DNA of 64,000 nt from Escherichia coli (GCF_003334405.1 NZ_QOWM01000012.1), one strand, 5' to 3'; shown: positions 27,443 through 37,912, numbered from the stretch's first letter. Notes: generated by a model not told the origin, from the letters alone. Made by a program: numbers and translations.

Positions 27443-28294
27443 ATGCTGAAGTACAGTAAAACGCCAGGCATCTTTAAATTAGAAGGTAATCGGCTCGGAC
27501 GCCCCTACCATCACCTGCCGACCCTGTTTACGGGGAATTTTGACGTGATTGATTCGCATCTGGGCAGCTACTTTCTCAAAAAGCATCGCAGCAATATCAC
27601 CTTAAAAAAGATTGGCTGCGAAATGGATATTATTAATAAAAACGCTGAACTAATGATTTCCCAGGTCGGGCATCTGGCGTTTGATATTGATCGCTCCTTG
27701 CTGTTAATGCTGCTGGGCAATTTTTATGGTCTGGAGTCGTCTCTTGAAGAGGCGAAAGCGCATAACGGCCTGCCGACCAAAACCGAAACACGATTAAAGA
27801 ACCGACTCGCGCTGGATATCTGCACGCTGATATTTAATCTGCAAACCTCCGGTATTGCGCTGAAATTAAAGCTGGACAGCAGCACGGTGATTACCCACTG
27901 GGCGTATCAATTAACCTTTACCCTTGCGGGCGATGAAGAGAGCTGTTTTCGTATTTTGCTCGACGACGCCCACACCGATTTTATTTTAAATCTGATCCGC
28001 CACAGCGAGCACAGTAAACCGCAGCAGGTGGCGAAATCCGTCAATAAACCGGCCCTGATTAAAGAGATCATCCGCTCCCTGCCGCTGACCCTGAACGTCA
28101 AAATCGCCGAGCTATCGATGAATGTCGCGGATCTCACGCAGATAAAAGCCGGGGATATTTTACCCATCTCGCTGGGAGAAACGTTCCCGGTGGCGATTGG
28201 GCAATCTGAATTATTTAGCGCCCTGATTGTGGAAGACAAAGACAAACTGTTTTTGTCGGAGCTGGCGGGCAAAAATGAGAATAGCCATGAGTAA
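27443..28294 (+). CDS. lfiM: Flagellar motor switch protein FliM-like (no N-terminal CheY-binding motif)
   Basis: 283-aa ORF ahead of the FliN-like gene with a SpoA-like C-terminal segment (GDILPISLGETFPVAIGQSELFSALIV); no LSQxEIDxLL motif at the N terminus. Confidence 0.6.
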   Translation: MLKYSKTPGIFKLEGNRLGRPYHHLPTLFTGNFDVIDSHLGSYFLKKHRSNITLKKIGCEMDIINKNAELMISQVGHLAFDIDRSLLLMLLGNFYGLESSLEEAKAHNGLPTKTETRLKNRLALDICTLIFNLQTSGIALKLKLDSSTVITHWAYQLTFTLAGDEESCFRILLDDAHTDFILNLIRHSEHSKPQQVAKSVNKPALIKEIIRSLPLTLNVKIAELSMNVADLTQIKAGDILPISLGETFPVAIGQSELFSALIVEDKDKLFLSELAGKNENSHE

Positions 28295-28658
28295 GCAAGA
28301 AGATATTTTAGCCGGGGATTTTGGCCTCACCGATGAAGTTGCGCCTGTCGCAAAATCCGCCGACGCTGAAACGCTGGTCACCCGCCTGGAAGACCGTTTT
28401 TCCGACTCGATGACGCTGCTAAAACGCATTCCGGTGACCTTAACGCTGGAAGTGTCGTCGGTGGAGATCATGTTAGCCGACCTCCTTAACATCGACGACG
28501 ACACGGTGATTGAGCTGGATAAACTCGCCGGGGAGCCGCTGGATATTAAAGTGAACAATATCCTGCTGGGCAAAGCGGAAGTGGTGGTGGTCAACGAGAA
28601 GTACGGCCTGCGCGTGCTGGAATTTAACACCCGCGATATCAACGACCTGGCACCATGA
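28287..28658 (+). CDS. lfiN: Flagellar motor switch protein FliN-like
   Basis: SpoA domain (..IELDKLAGEPLDIKVNNILLGKAEVVVVNEKYGLRVLEF); start taken at ATG 28287. Confidence 0.8.
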   Translation: MSKQEDILAGDFGLTDEVAPVAKSADAETLVTRLEDRFSDSMTLLKRIPVTLTLEVSSVEIMLADLLNIDDDTVIELDKLAGEPLDIKVNNILLGKAEVVVVNEKYGLRVLEFNTRDINDLAP

Positions 28659-29407
28659 AACGCCGCACTCAACTGACGCTGGGCCTTGGGCTGCTGGCGC
28701 TTGCGCCGCTGGCAATCGCCCAGGGCGGCGATATTGCGCTGCTTAACGTGGTCACCCACGGCAACACTCAGGAGTACAGCGTCAAAATTCAGGTACTGAT
28801 TCTGATGACCCTCGTCGGTTTGCTGCCGACGATGGCGCTGATGATGACCTGCTTTGCGCGCTTTATTATCGTGCTGTCGCTGCTGCGCCAGGCGCTAGGG
28901 CTGCAACAAACGCCGCCAAACCGCATTCTGATTGGCATTGCGCTCTCCCTCACCATGCTGGTGATGCGCCCCATCTGGCTCAATATTTACGACCACGCAG
29001 TAGTGCCGTTCGAAAACGATCAGATTACCCTGACCGATGCGTTAAGCACCGCCGCGACGCCACTCAAACGCTTTATGCTGGCGCAGACCGACAAAAAAGC
29101 GATGGCGCAAATCATGACCATCGGAGGCGCGAAGGGCAATGCCGCCGACCAGGATCTCTCTATCGTGGTGCCCGCCTATGTGTTGAGCGAGCTGAAAACC
29201 GCTTTCCAGATTGGCTTTATGATTTACATCCCGTTTCTGGTTATCGACCTGATTGTCGCAAGCGTACTGATGGCGATGGGGATGATGATGCTGTCGCCGC
29301 TGATTGTTTCGCTGCCCTTTAAGCTGATGCTGTTTGTGCTGATCGACGGCTGGTCGCTGACCATCGGCACGCTCACCACCAGCATTCGCGGGCTGGGGCT
29401 GGGCTGA
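28655..29407 (+). CDS. lfiP: Flagellar export apparatus protein FliP-like
   Basis: 250-aa multi-TM ORF with FliP-like motifs (..FQIGFMIYIPFLVIDL..). Confidence 0.9.
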   Translation: MKRRTQLTLGLGLLALAPLAIAQGGDIALLNVVTHGNTQEYSVKIQVLILMTLVGLLPTMALMMTCFARFIIVLSLLRQALGLQQTPPNRILIGIALSLTMLVMRPIWLNIYDHAVVPFENDQITLTDALSTAATPLKRFMLAQTDKKAMAQIMTIGGAKGNAADQDLSIVVPAYVLSELKTAFQIGFMIYIPFLVIDLIVASVLMAMGMMMLSPLIVSLPFKLMLFVLIDGWSLTIGTLTTSIRGLGLG

Positions 29408-29409
29408 TT

Positions 29410-29682
29410 ATGTTGACCGTAGACGTTGCCGCCGACATTGTCGCCAGCGGCATAAAAGTAGTGATTTTGCTGGTTTCGGTACTGGTGGTGCCGAGTTTGC
29501 TGGTCGGCCTGCTGGTGAGCGTGTTCCAGGCGGTAACGCAGATTAACGAACAGACCCTGAGCTTTTTGCCGAGGCTGATTGTCACGCTGGTGGTGCTGGG
29601 CGTGTGCGGCAAATGGATGATTATCCAGTTGCATGATCTCTGCATTCACCTGTTTACCCAGGCCGCCCTGCTGGTGCATTAA
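29410..29682 (+). CDS. lfiQ: Flagellar export apparatus protein FliQ-like
   Basis: 90-aa two-TM ORF, FliQ-like. Confidence 0.9.
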   Translation: MLTVDVAADIVASGIKVVILLVSVLVVPSLLVGLLVSVFQAVTQINEQTLSFLPRLIVTLVVLGVCGKWMIIQLHDLCIHLFTQAALLVH

Positions 29683-29683
29683 G

Positions 29684-30466
29684 ATGCGCACAAGCGACGT
29701 TACGCAACTGATGGATCTGGCGCTGGGGCTGTGGTTTCCCTTTGTGCGCATTATGGCGTTTCTGCGCTATGTGCCAGTGCTGGATAACAGCGCCCTGACC
29801 GTGCGCGTGCGGATTATTTTGTCGCTGGCGCTGGCAATCATCATCACGCCGTTAATTCCGCATCCCATTCCCCACGACCTGCTTTCACTCAACAGCCTGA
29901 TCCTGACGGTGGAGCAAATTTTATGGGGCATGTTATTCGGGCTGATGTTTCAGTTTTTGTTTCTGGCGCTACAGCTGGCCGGGCAAATTCTCTCGTTCAA
30001 TATGGGGATGAGCATGGCGGTGATGAACGACCCGAGCAGTGGCGCATCGACCACCGTGCTGGCGGAGCTCATCAACGTCTACGCGATCCTGCTGTTTTTT
30101 GCCATGGACGGGCATCTGCTGCTGGTGAGTGTGCTGTATAAGGGCTTTACCTACTGGCCGATTGGCAACGCGCTGCATCCGCAAACCCTGCGCACCATCG
30201 CGCTGGCCTTTAGCTGGGTGCTGGCGTCCGCATCGCTGCTGGCGCTGCCAACCACTTTTATCATGCTGATTGTGCAGGGCTGCTTTGGCCTGCTCAACCG
30301 CATTGCGCCGCCGCTGAACCTTTTTTCACTCGGTTTTCCCATCAACATGCTGGCGGGGCTGGTCTGCTTTGCCACCCTGCTCTACAACCTGCCGGATCAC
30401 TATCTGCATCTGGCGAATTTTGTGTTGCAGCAACTCGACGCGCTGAAAGGTCACTATGGCGGATAG
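29684..30466 (+). CDS. lfiR: Flagellar export apparatus protein FliR-like
   Basis: Multi-TM ORF; start taken at ATG 29684 just after the lfiQ stop. Confidence 0.85.
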   Translation: MRTSDVTQLMDLALGLWFPFVRIMAFLRYVPVLDNSALTVRVRIILSLALAIIITPLIPHPIPHDLLSLNSLILTVEQILWGMLFGLMFQFLFLALQLAGQILSFNMGMSMAVMNDPSSGASTTVLAELINVYAILLFFAMDGHLLLVSVLYKGFTYWPIGNALHPQTLRTIALAFSWVLASASLLALPTTFIMLIVQGCFGLLNRIAPPLNLFSLGFPINMLAGLVCFATLLYNLPDHYLHLANFVLQQLDALKGHYGG

Positions 30467-31595
30467 CAGCAGCGAAGAAAAAACAGAAAAACCCTCGGCG
30501 CAAAAGCTGCGTAAAGCGCGTGAAGAGGGGCAACTGCCGCGCTCGAAGGATATGGGGCTGGCGGCGAGCCTGTTTGCGGCGTTTGTGGTGATCTCCAGCA
30601 GCTTCCCGTGGTATGCCGATTTTGTGCGCGAGAGTTTTATCAGCGTGCATCAGTACGCGCAGGAGATTAATAACCCGGAGGTGATCGGCCAGTTTCTGCG
30701 CCATCACCTGTTAATACTCGGCAAGTTTATTCTCACCTTGCTGCCGATGCCCGCTGCCGCGCTACTCTCTTCGCTGGTGCCCGGCGGCTGGCTGTTTCTG
30801 CCGAAAAAAATCCTCCCGGATTTCAGCAAAATCAGCCCGTTAAAAGGCATTGGGCGGCTGTTTTCCAGTGAACATCTGGCGGAAACGGGAAAGATGACGG
30901 TGAAGTCGGTGGTGGTGCTGGTGATGCTGTGGGTAAGCCTGCGCAATAACTTTGCCGCCTTTCTCGGCCTGCAGGCGCTACCGTTCAAACTGGCGATGAA
31001 TGAGGGTTTATCGCTCTACGCCTGCGTGATGCGCAACTTTGTCATCCTGTTTATCTTCTTTGCGTTAATCGACGTGCCGCTGGCGAAAGCCCTGTTTACC
31101 AAAGGGCTGAAGATGACCAAACAGGAGCTGAAAGAAGAGTATAAAAACCAGGAAGGCAAGCCGGAAGTGAAGGCGCGCGTGCGGCGTCTGCAACGGCAGT
31201 TGGCGATGGGGCAAATTCGCAAAGTGGTGCCGAAAGCCAACGTGGTGATCACCAACCCGACCCACTACGCCGTGGCGTTGCAGTATGACTCGTCGCGCGC
31301 CGCCGCGCCGTTTGTGGTGGCGAAAGGCACCGATGAAATCGCCCTCTATATTCGCCAGGTCGCCGCTGAGAATCAGGTGGAAGTGGTCGAGTTCCCGCGA
31401 CTGGCGCGCTCGGTTTACTACACCACCCAGGTGAACCAGCAAATTCCGTTTCAGCTTTACCGGGCCATCGCCCACGTTCTGACCTACGTCCTGCAAATGA
31501 AACACTGGCGCGAGGGTGCACAGCCGCGCCCGGCCCTGAACAGACATATTTCCATTCCCAAAGAGGTGCTTAAACTGGATGGCGAAAACAACTAA
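30456..31595 (+). CDS. lfhB: Flagellar export apparatus protein FlhB-like
   Basis: 379-aa ORF with the NPTH autocleavage motif (VVITNPTHYAVAL). Confidence 0.9.
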   Translation: MADSSSEEKTEKPSAQKLRKAREEGQLPRSKDMGLAASLFAAFVVISSSFPWYADFVRESFISVHQYAQEINNPEVIGQFLRHHLLILGKFILTLLPMPAAALLSSLVPGGWLFLPKKILPDFSKISPLKGIGRLFSSEHLAETGKMTVKSVVVLVMLWVSLRNNFAAFLGLQALPFKLAMNEGLSLYACVMRNFVILFIFFALIDVPLAKALFTKGLKMTKQELKEEYKNQEGKPEVKARVRRLQRQLAMGQIRKVVPKANVVITNPTHYAVALQYDSSRAAAPFVVAKGTDEIALYIRQVAAENQVEVVEFPRLARSVYYTTQVNQQIPFQLYRAIAHVLTYVLQMKHWREGAQPRPALNRHISIPKEVLKLDGENN

Positions 31596-33672
31596 ATCGT
31601 TCCTCGCGCTGCTGCGCGGCGGCAATCTCGGCGTGCCGCTGGTGATCCTGTGTATTCTGGCGATGGTTATTTTGCCGCTGCCGCCTGCGCTGCTGGATAT
31701 TCTGTTCACCTTCAACATTGTGCTGGCGGTGATGGTGCTGCTGGTGGCGGTGTCGGCGAAACGACCGCTGGAATTCAGCCTGTTCCCGACCATTTTGCTG
31801 ATCACCACCTTAATGCGCCTGACGCTTAACGTTGCTTCTACGCGCGTGGTGCTGCTGCACGGGCATCTCGGCGCGGGCGCGGCGGGTAAGGTGATTGAGT
31901 CGTTTGGTCAGGTGGTGATCGGCGGCAACTTTGTCGTCGGCTTCGTGGTGTTTATCATCCTGATGATCATCAACTTTATTGTCGTCACCAAAGGGGCCGA
32001 GCGTATTTCCGAGGTTTCTGCCCGCTTTACCTTAGACGCGATGCCCGGCAAACAGATGGCGATTGACGCCGATCTTAACGCCGGATTGATCAACCAGGCG
32101 CAGGCGCAAACCCGGCGTAAAGATGTTGCCAGCGAGGCCGATTTCTACGGCGCGATGGACGGGGCATCGAAGTTTGTGCGCGGGGACGCCATCGCCGGGA
32201 TGATGATTCTGGCGATCAACCTGATCGGCGGCGTCTGTATCGGGATCTTCAAATACAACCTGAGCGCCGATGCTGCCTTCCAGCAGTATGTGCTGATGAC
32301 CATCGGCGACGGCCTGGTGGCGCAGATCCCTTCCCTGCTGCTCTCCACCGCGGCGGCGATTATCGTCACCCGCGTCAGCGACAACGGCGATATCGCCCAT
32401 GACGTGCGTAACCAGCTGCTGGCAAGCCCGTCGGTGCTCTACACCGCCACCGGGATTATGTTCGTGCTGGCGGTGGTACCGGGAATGCCGCACCTGCCGT
32501 TTTTGCTGTTCAGCGCCCTGCTTGGTTTTACCGGCTGGCGGATGAGCAAACAGCCGCTGGCGGCGGAGGCGGAAGAGAAAAGCCTCGAAACGCTGACCCG
32601 CACCATCACCGAAACCAGCGAGCAGCAGGTCAGTTGGGAAACCATTCCGCTGATCGAGCCTATCAGTTTAAGCCTCGGTTACAAACTGGTGGCGCTGGTG
32701 GACAAAGCACAGGGTAACCCGCTCACCCAGCGGATTCGCGGCGTGCGGCAGGTGATTTCTGACGGCAACGGCGTGCTGCTGCCGGAGATCCGCATTCGGG
32801 AAAACTTCCGCCTTAAGCCCAGTCAGTACGCCATTTTCATCAACGGCATAAAGGCTGATGAAGCGGATATTCCGGCGGATAAACTGATGGCCCTGCCCTC
32901 CAGCGAAACCTACGGCGAGATTGACGGCGTGCAGGGGAACGACCCGGCGTACGGGATGCCGGTCACCTGGATCCAGGCGGCGCAGAAAGCGAAGGCGCTG
33001 AATATGGGGTATCAGGTGATCGACAGCGCCAGCGTGATCGCTACCCATGTAAATAAGATTGTGCGCAGCTATATTCCTGATTTGTTTAACTATGATGATA
33101 TTACGCAGTTGCATAACCGTTTATCGTCGACGGCACCGCGTCTGGCGGAAGATTTGAGCGCGGCGCTCAATTACAGCCAGTTGCTGAAAGTGTACCGGGC
33201 GCTGCTGACCGAAGGCGTTTCCCTGCGCGATATCGTCACCATCGCCACCGTGCTGGTCGCCAGTAGCACGGTGACGAAAGATCATATTCTGCTGGCGGCC
33301 GATGTGCGCCTGGCATTGCGGCGCAGCATTACCCATCCGTTCGTTCGCAAGCAGGAGCTGACGGTGTATACGCTGAATAATGAGCTGGAAAATCTGCTGA
33401 CCAACGTGGTGAATCAGGCGCAACAGGGCGGGAAAGTGATGCTCGACAGCGTGCCGGTCGATCCGAATATGCTCAACCAGTTCCAGAGTACGATGCCACA
33501 GGTGAAAGAGCAGATGAAAGCGGCGGGGAAAGACCCGGTGCTGCTGGTGCCACCGCAGCTGCGCCCTTTGCTGGCGCGTTATGCAAGGTTGTTTGCGCCG
33601 GGGCTGCATGTGCTGTCGTATAACGAAGTGCCGGATGAGCTGGAGTTGAAGATTATGGGGGCGTTGATGTAA
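31579..33672 (+). CDS. lfhA: Flagellar export apparatus protein FlhA-like (full length)
   Basis: 697-aa ORF with the FlhA TM region and cytoplasmic domain; no frameshift. Confidence 0.9.
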   Translation: MAKTTKSFLALLRGGNLGVPLVILCILAMVILPLPPALLDILFTFNIVLAVMVLLVAVSAKRPLEFSLFPTILLITTLMRLTLNVASTRVVLLHGHLGAGAAGKVIESFGQVVIGGNFVVGFVVFIILMIINFIVVTKGAERISEVSARFTLDAMPGKQMAIDADLNAGLINQAQAQTRRKDVASEADFYGAMDGASKFVRGDAIAGMMILAINLIGGVCIGIFKYNLSADAAFQQYVLMTIGDGLVAQIPSLLLSTAAAIIVTRVSDNGDIAHDVRNQLLASPSVLYTATGIMFVLAVVPGMPHLPFLLFSALLGFTGWRMSKQPLAAEAEEKSLETLTRTITETSEQQVSWETIPLIEPISLSLGYKLVALVDKAQGNPLTQRIRGVRQVISDGNGVLLPEIRIRENFRLKPSQYAIFINGIKADEADIPADKLMALPSSETYGEIDGVQGNDPAYGMPVTWIQAAQKAKALNMGYQVIDSASVIATHVNKIVRSYIPDLFNYDDITQLHNRLSSTAPRLAEDLSAALNYSQLLKVYRALLTEGVSLRDIVTIATVLVASSTVTKDHILLAADVRLALRRSITHPFVRKQELTVYTLNNELENLLTNVVNQAQQGGKVMLDSVPVDPNMLNQFQSTMPQVKEQMKAAGKDPVLLVPPQLRPLLARYARLFAPGLHVLSYNEVPDELELKIMGALM

Positions 33673-33691
33673 GTATCCAGCATTGGTGCAC

Positions 33692-33900
33692 AACTGCCGG
33701 ATGCGGCGTGAACGCCTTATCCGTCCTACCGTTCAGGCACAAGTTTGTAGGCATGATAAGACGCGCCAGCGTCGCATCAGGCATCTGCGCATAACTGCCG
33801 GATGCGGCATAAACGCCTTATCCGGCCTACCGATCCGGCACAAGTTTGTAGGCATGATAAGACGCGCTAGCGTCGCATCAGGCATCTGCGCACAATTATG
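33692..33900. repeat. REP/BIME cluster adjacent to rayT
   Basis: Four REP units: gccggatgcggcgtgaacgccttatccgtcctac, gtaggcatgataagacgcgccagcgtcgcatcaggc, and a second similar pair. Confidence 0.85.
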
Positions 33901-34393
33901 AAATGATACGCTCCCCGGCACTAAAATCCGTTACGTCCCCCGCCCAATCGATGGGATATAACCCTCGCGCGACATCGCGATGGAACGTTGAGAATGGCCA
34001 ATCACTCACTTGCTTTACCCAACCATGCTTTACTGGATTTATATAAATATAATCAACATGATGCCTATAATCTTTGGTATTGCGGATGGCGTGCTCCCAA
34101 AAACGTGGTTGCCAGATATTTTTCAATCCACAAGCATGGGTAAATTGCTTTTTAATTTCCCGCCAGCGCGAGGAAAAATCATCATCGCCTTCAGGTAATG
34201 TCCAGATACAGTGCATATGCTCTGGCAAAACGACCCAGGCGTTGATTTCAAAAGGCCTGTCTCGCTTAACTTTAATAATGGCGTGACGGAGCATCTGGTA
34301 CTGGGTGGTCAAAAGTTGGCTTCGACGATTTCGTAAATTCACCGTGAAAAACCATGTTCCCCCCTTGATGTAATAACGACGATATTCAGACAT
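33896..34393 (-). CDS. rayT: REP-associated tyrosine transposase (IS200/IS605-like TnpA_REP)
   Basis: 165-aa ORF with an HuH motif (..LPEHMHCIW..) and catalytic-Tyr region, flanked by REP clusters. Confidence 0.8.
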   Translation of the reverse strand: MSEYRRYYIKGGTWFFTVNLRNRRSQLLTTQYQMLRHAIIKVKRDRPFEINAWVVLPEHMHCIWTLPEGDDDFSSRWREIKKQFTHACGLKNIWQPRFWEHAIRNTKDYRHHVDYIYINPVKHGWVKQVSDWPFSTFHRDVARGLYPIDWAGDVTDFSAGERIIS

Positions 34394-34479
34394 GGCGACT
34401 CCTTTTTCTCAACGGTAAGAAGAAAAGGAAAGGTTGGCAATGAGGTTGTTTTATATCGGGAAAGCGGCTCGCAAATATT

Positions 34480-34572
34480 CGCGGGCTCGTAGGCATGATA
34501 AGACGCGCCAGCGTCGCATCAGGCACCTGCGTACAACTGCCGGATGCGGCGTAAACGCCTTATCCGTCCTAC
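34480..34572. repeat. REP element pair
   Basis: gtaggcatgataagacgcgccagcgtcgcatcaggc ... gccggatgcggcgtaaacgccttatccgtcctac. Confidence 0.8.
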
Positions 34573-35318
34573 AAAATCGTCTCTTCCGTCAAAATCCTGC
34601 GCGCGCCCAAAAAATGGTCCTGCCAGAAAGGTTCGGCTAATCGGCTTATCCGAATGGTTTCGCCGGTACGTGGCGACTCGATAAATTGCCCATCGCCCAA
34701 ATACACGCCCATATGATCGGCTATCTCGCGGCTGTGGATATGGAAAAACAGCAAATCTCCCCGGCGCAGGTCGTTGTTCGCCACAATCGTTGCCCGGCGA
34801 TAGTGGTACATCTCATTGGCCGTGCGCGGGAGCTTAGCCTCAAGGATCTTGTTGTAGGCATAAAAAACCAACCCGCTACAGTCAAAGCCTTTATCAGGCC
34901 GCGTACCGCCCCAGACGTAAGGCTTGCCAAGCTGCTGCTCCAGGCGGTGAATCGCCACTTCGGTAATGTTATGCAGATGGTCGCTGCTTAAAAAGTGGTT
35001 GTTTTCCGCCAGCGCCTGCCAGCGTCTGTCACTCGCCTTGAGCGGAGCAGGAAACCATTCTGGATGCTGTTTTATCTGCTCCCGGTTGTGCTGGCGTAGC
35101 GCCCTTTTGCTTTCGGCATTGCCTTCCACAATATAGCTGGCCTGCTTTTTCAGATGAGTTTGGTACTGTTTTAATAAACGCGCACGGTTTTGCATCCGCT
35201 GGCGGGCGGCGTAGCTGAAAGAGATATGTGATGTGGTGGCGCTGGCAAATGAAGAAAACGGCAAACAAATCAACAGTAATCCCGACAATACAAAGGATGG
35301 AATCGACGGCAAGGACAT
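34569..35318 (-). CDS. yafL: NlpC/P60-family peptidoglycan endopeptidase lipoprotein
   Basis: NlpC/P60 catalytic region (..FDCSGLVFYAY.. Cys; ..DHMGVYLG.. His); start taken at the internal Met preceding the signal peptide. Confidence 0.8.
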   Translation of the reverse strand: MSLPSIPSFVLSGLLLICLPFSSFASATTSHISFSYAARQRMQNRARLLKQYQTHLKKQASYIVEGNAESKRALRQHNREQIKQHPEWFPAPLKASDRRWQALAENNHFLSSDHLHNITEVAIHRLEQQLGKPYVWGGTRPDKGFDCSGLVFYAYNKILEAKLPRTANEMYHYRRATIVANNDLRRGDLLFFHIHSREIADHMGVYLGDGQFIESPRTGETIRISRLAEPFWQDHFLGARRILTEETIL

Positions 35319-35495
35319 ACTCAATAATGGCTGGTCATGCTTTAATGTTGCAGTGTATCCCGGATCGTTTCTGAACAAACTTAATAAACCATTATTATAA
35401 AATTAACATATATATTTCAGTTAATTATGTAAAAACATCCGTTTATTAAATTACTCATGGATTGTCGCTGTTGCTCATTTGAGCTACAATTCAAG

Positions 35496-35511
35496 CTGAA
35501 TAAATATACAG
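35496..35511 (+). promoter_or_regulatory. LexA (SOS) box upstream of dinJ
   Basis: CTGAATAAATATACAG matches CTG-N10-CAG, 17 bp upstream of the dinJ ATG. Confidence 0.5.
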
Positions 35512-35527
35512 CACAGGAGATACCCCA

Positions 35528-35788
35528 ATGGCTGCTAACGCGTTTGTTCGCGCCCGAATCGATGAAGATCTGAAGAATCAGGCAGCGGACGTACTGGCCG
35601 GGATGGGGCTGACCATCTCTGACCTGGTTCGCATAACCCTCACAAAGGTCGCGCGTGAAAAGGCATTGCCGTTTGATTTACGCGAGCCTAATCAATTAAC
35701 CATTCAATCAATCAAAAACAGCGAAGCTGGCATTGATGTTCATAAGGCCAAAGACGCCGATGATTTATTTGATAAATTAGGAATTTAA
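35528..35788 (+). CDS. dinJ: Antitoxin of the RelB/DinJ family
   Basis: 86-aa ORF, MAANAFVRARIDEDLKNQAADVLAGMGLTISDLVRITL.. Confidence 0.9.
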   Translation: MAANAFVRARIDEDLKNQAADVLAGMGLTISDLVRITLTKVAREKALPFDLREPNQLTIQSIKNSEAGIDVHKAKDADDLFDKLGI

Positions 35789-35790
35789 AT

Positions 35791-36069
35791 ATGATTCAAA
35801 GGGATATTGAATACTCGGGACAATATTCAAAGGATGTAAAACTTGCACAAAAGCGTCATAAGGATATGAATAAATTGAAATATCTTATGACGCTTCTTAT
35901 CAATAATACTTTACCGCTTCCAGCTGTTTATAAAGACCACCCGCTGCAAGGTTCATGGAAAGGTTATCGCGATGCTCATGTCGAACCGGACTGGATCCTG
36001 ATTTACAAACTTACCGATAAACTTTTACGATTTGAGAGAACTGGAACTCACGCGGCGCTCTTTGGGTAA
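35791..36069 (+). CDS. yafQ: Toxin of the RelE/YafQ family (mRNA interferase)
   Basis: 92-aa ORF 3 bp downstream of dinJ with a RelE-like C terminus. Confidence 0.9.
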   Translation: MIQRDIEYSGQYSKDVKLAQKRHKDMNKLKYLMTLLINNTLPLPAVYKDHPLQGSWKGYRDAHVEPDWILIYKLTDKLLRFERTGTHAALFG

Positions 36070-36224
36070 AGCCCGCTTCCGATGAAATTTGTAAACCCTG
36101 CGCCGACAGGCTTGCGTAAAACTCTTTTGGTGATAATGTGAGCCTTCCAAATCCAGACTATTCCGATTTGGGATCCATTTTGCCGTCCTGGCGTGTGTAA
36201 CCGTTTTATCAAGGAATAAGCAGT

Positions 36225-36965
36225 ATGCGTAAAATCGCATTAATTCTTGCGATGTTGTTGATCCCGTGCGTTTCATTTGCCGGTTTGCTGGGCAGCAGTA
36301 GCTCTACCACGCCTGTGAGCAAAGAGTATAAGCAGCAGTTGATGGGATCCCCTGTCTACATCCAGATCTTCAAGGAAGAACGTACGCTCGATCTCTACGT
36401 CAAAATGGGCGAGCAATATCAACTGCTCGACAGCTATAAAATCTGTAAATATTCCGGCGGCTTAGGGCCAAAACAGCGTCAGGGCGATTTCAAAAGCCCG
36501 GAAGGGTTTTATAGCGTCCAGCGTAATCAGTTAAAACCAGACAGCCGTTACTACAAAGCGATTAATATTGGTTTCCCCAATGCCTATGACCGTGCGCATG
36601 GTTATGAAGGGAAATACCTGATGATCCACGGCGATTGTGTTTCCATCGGCTGCTACGCAATGACCAATCAGGGTATTGATGAGATATTCCAGTTCGTTAC
36701 TGGTGCGCTGGTGTTTGGTCAGCCGAGCGTGCAAGTGAGTATTTACCCGTTCCGCATGACCGACGCCAATATGAAGCGCCATAAATATTCCAACTTTAAG
36801 GACTTCTGGGAGCAACTGAAGCCGGGTTACGACTACTTTGAGCAAACCCGTAAGCCACCAACCGTTTCTGTGGTCAATGGTCGTTACGTGGTCAGCAAGC
36901 CGTTAAGCCACGAAGTTGTGCAGCCACAACTGGCATCAAACTACACGCTCCCCGAGGCAAAATAA
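36225..36965 (+). CDS. yafK: YkuD-fold L,D-transpeptidase-like periplasmic protein
   Basis: Signal peptide and YkuD catalytic motif (..[17 protein letters not shown]..). Confidence 0.85.
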   Translation: MRKIALILAMLLIPCVSFAGLLGSSSSTTPVSKEYKQQLMGSPVYIQIFKEERTLDLYVKMGEQYQLLDSYKICKYSGGLGPKQRQGDFKSPEGFYSVQRNQLKPDSRYYKAINIGFPNAYDRAHGYEGKYLMIHGDCVSIGCYAMTNQGIDEIFQFVTGALVFGQPSVQVSIYPFRMTDANMKRHKYSNFKDFWEQLKPGYDYFEQTRKPPTVSVVNGRYVVSKPLSHEVVQPQLASNYTLPEAK

Positions 36966-37703
36966 GCGCCATTCGCCTGGCATAATCTTTTGCCAGGTTT
37001 CATTGCCCGTCAGCGGCTGTGTTGCAATCACCGTGACCACATCATTCGGTGTGGTCTGCGAGCTGAAGTCGATTTCCACATCCTGATCCAGCAACGTTGC
37101 CACGCCAAACGGCGCGCGGCGGGTGATCCAGTGTAAATTAGTCGAGCAATACGCCATTACATAGCGCCCGTCCGAAAGCAGCATGTTGAAAACGCCCTTC
37201 TGCCGCAGTTCATCCGCCAGTGAGGCGATATATTTAAATACCGCCGCCATGTTGCCCGGTGTGCGCGGGTAACGCTGCGTTAATTTATGCAGGAGCCAGC
37301 AGAAGGCTTTTTCGCTGTCGGTTTCGCCTACCGGGCGGAAGTTGCCGGTTTCCAGTGATTTGTAGCCCGTCAGTTGTCCGTTATGGGCATAAGTCCAGTT
37401 ACGCCCCCATAACTCGCGGGTAAATGGGTGAGTATTTTCCAGCGCCACCTCGCCCCGATTAGCCTGGCGAATATGAGCCACCACCGAACAGGATTTTATC
37501 GGGTAGTCCTGGACAAGTTTGGCGATGGGGGAATTAAAGCTGGGTTGTGGATCTTTAAATGTGCGACAGCCTTTACCTTCGTAAAAGGTAATGCCCCAGC
37601 CATCTTTATGTGGCCCGGTTCCACCACCACGCTGTACAAGCCCGGTGAAACTAAAGCAGATATCGGTAGGGACGTTGGCGCTCATCCCGAGCAATTCGCA
37701 CAT
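36936..37703 (-). CDS. yafJ: Class II glutamine amidotransferase-like protein
   Basis: Begins MCELLGMS.. with the N-terminal nucleophile Cys2; 255 aa. Confidence 0.85.
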   Translation of the reverse strand: MCELLGMSANVPTDICFSFTGLVQRGGGTGPHKDGWGITFYEGKGCRTFKDPQPSFNSPIAKLVQDYPIKSCSVVAHIRQANRGEVALENTHPFTRELWGRNWTYAHNGQLTGYKSLETGNFRPVGETDSEKAFCWLLHKLTQRYPRTPGNMAAVFKYIASLADELRQKGVFNMLLSDGRYVMAYCSTNLHWITRRAPFGVATLLDQDVEIDFSSQTTPNDVVTVIATQPLTGNETWQKIMPGEWRLFCLGERVV

Positions 37704-37769
37704 GGGTAACCTCCACAACAGCGGGAGCGCATGGCCCCCGGCGAAGATTGATTTAAGAATTTTCAGGTC

Positions 37770-37912
37770 GGATGCGGCGTGAACGCATTATTCGGCCTAC
37801 GGTTCGCGTACAGATTTGTAGGCATGATAAGACGCGTCAGCGTCGCATCAGGCATCAGCGCACAAATGCCGGATGCGGCGTAAACGTCTTATCCGGCCTA
37901 CGCCAGACTTAC
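37770..37912. repeat. REP/BIME cluster between yafJ and gmhA
   Basis: Three REP units (gtcggatgcggcgtgaacgc.., gtaggcatgataagacgcgtcagcgtcgcatcaggc, gccggatgcggcgtaaacgtcttatccggcctac). Confidence 0.8.

Noticed and set aside
31065-31808. 247-aa ORF on the - strand within lfhB/lfhA
   Set aside because: Antisense to conserved FlhB/FlhA coding sequence; Arg-rich with no recognisable fold.
33121-33693. 190-aa ORF on the - strand within lfhA
   Set aside because: Antisense to the FlhA C-terminal domain; His/Gln/Arg-rich low-complexity translation.
33683-33921. Small ORFs of 60-72 aa translated across REP clusters (33683-33901 +, 33733-33921 -, 34434-34640 +)
   Set aside because: They encode the recurrent REP-derived peptide strings (MRRERLIRPT.., ..HDKTRQRRIRH..) seen wherever REP elements occur; these are artefacts of the repeat sequence.
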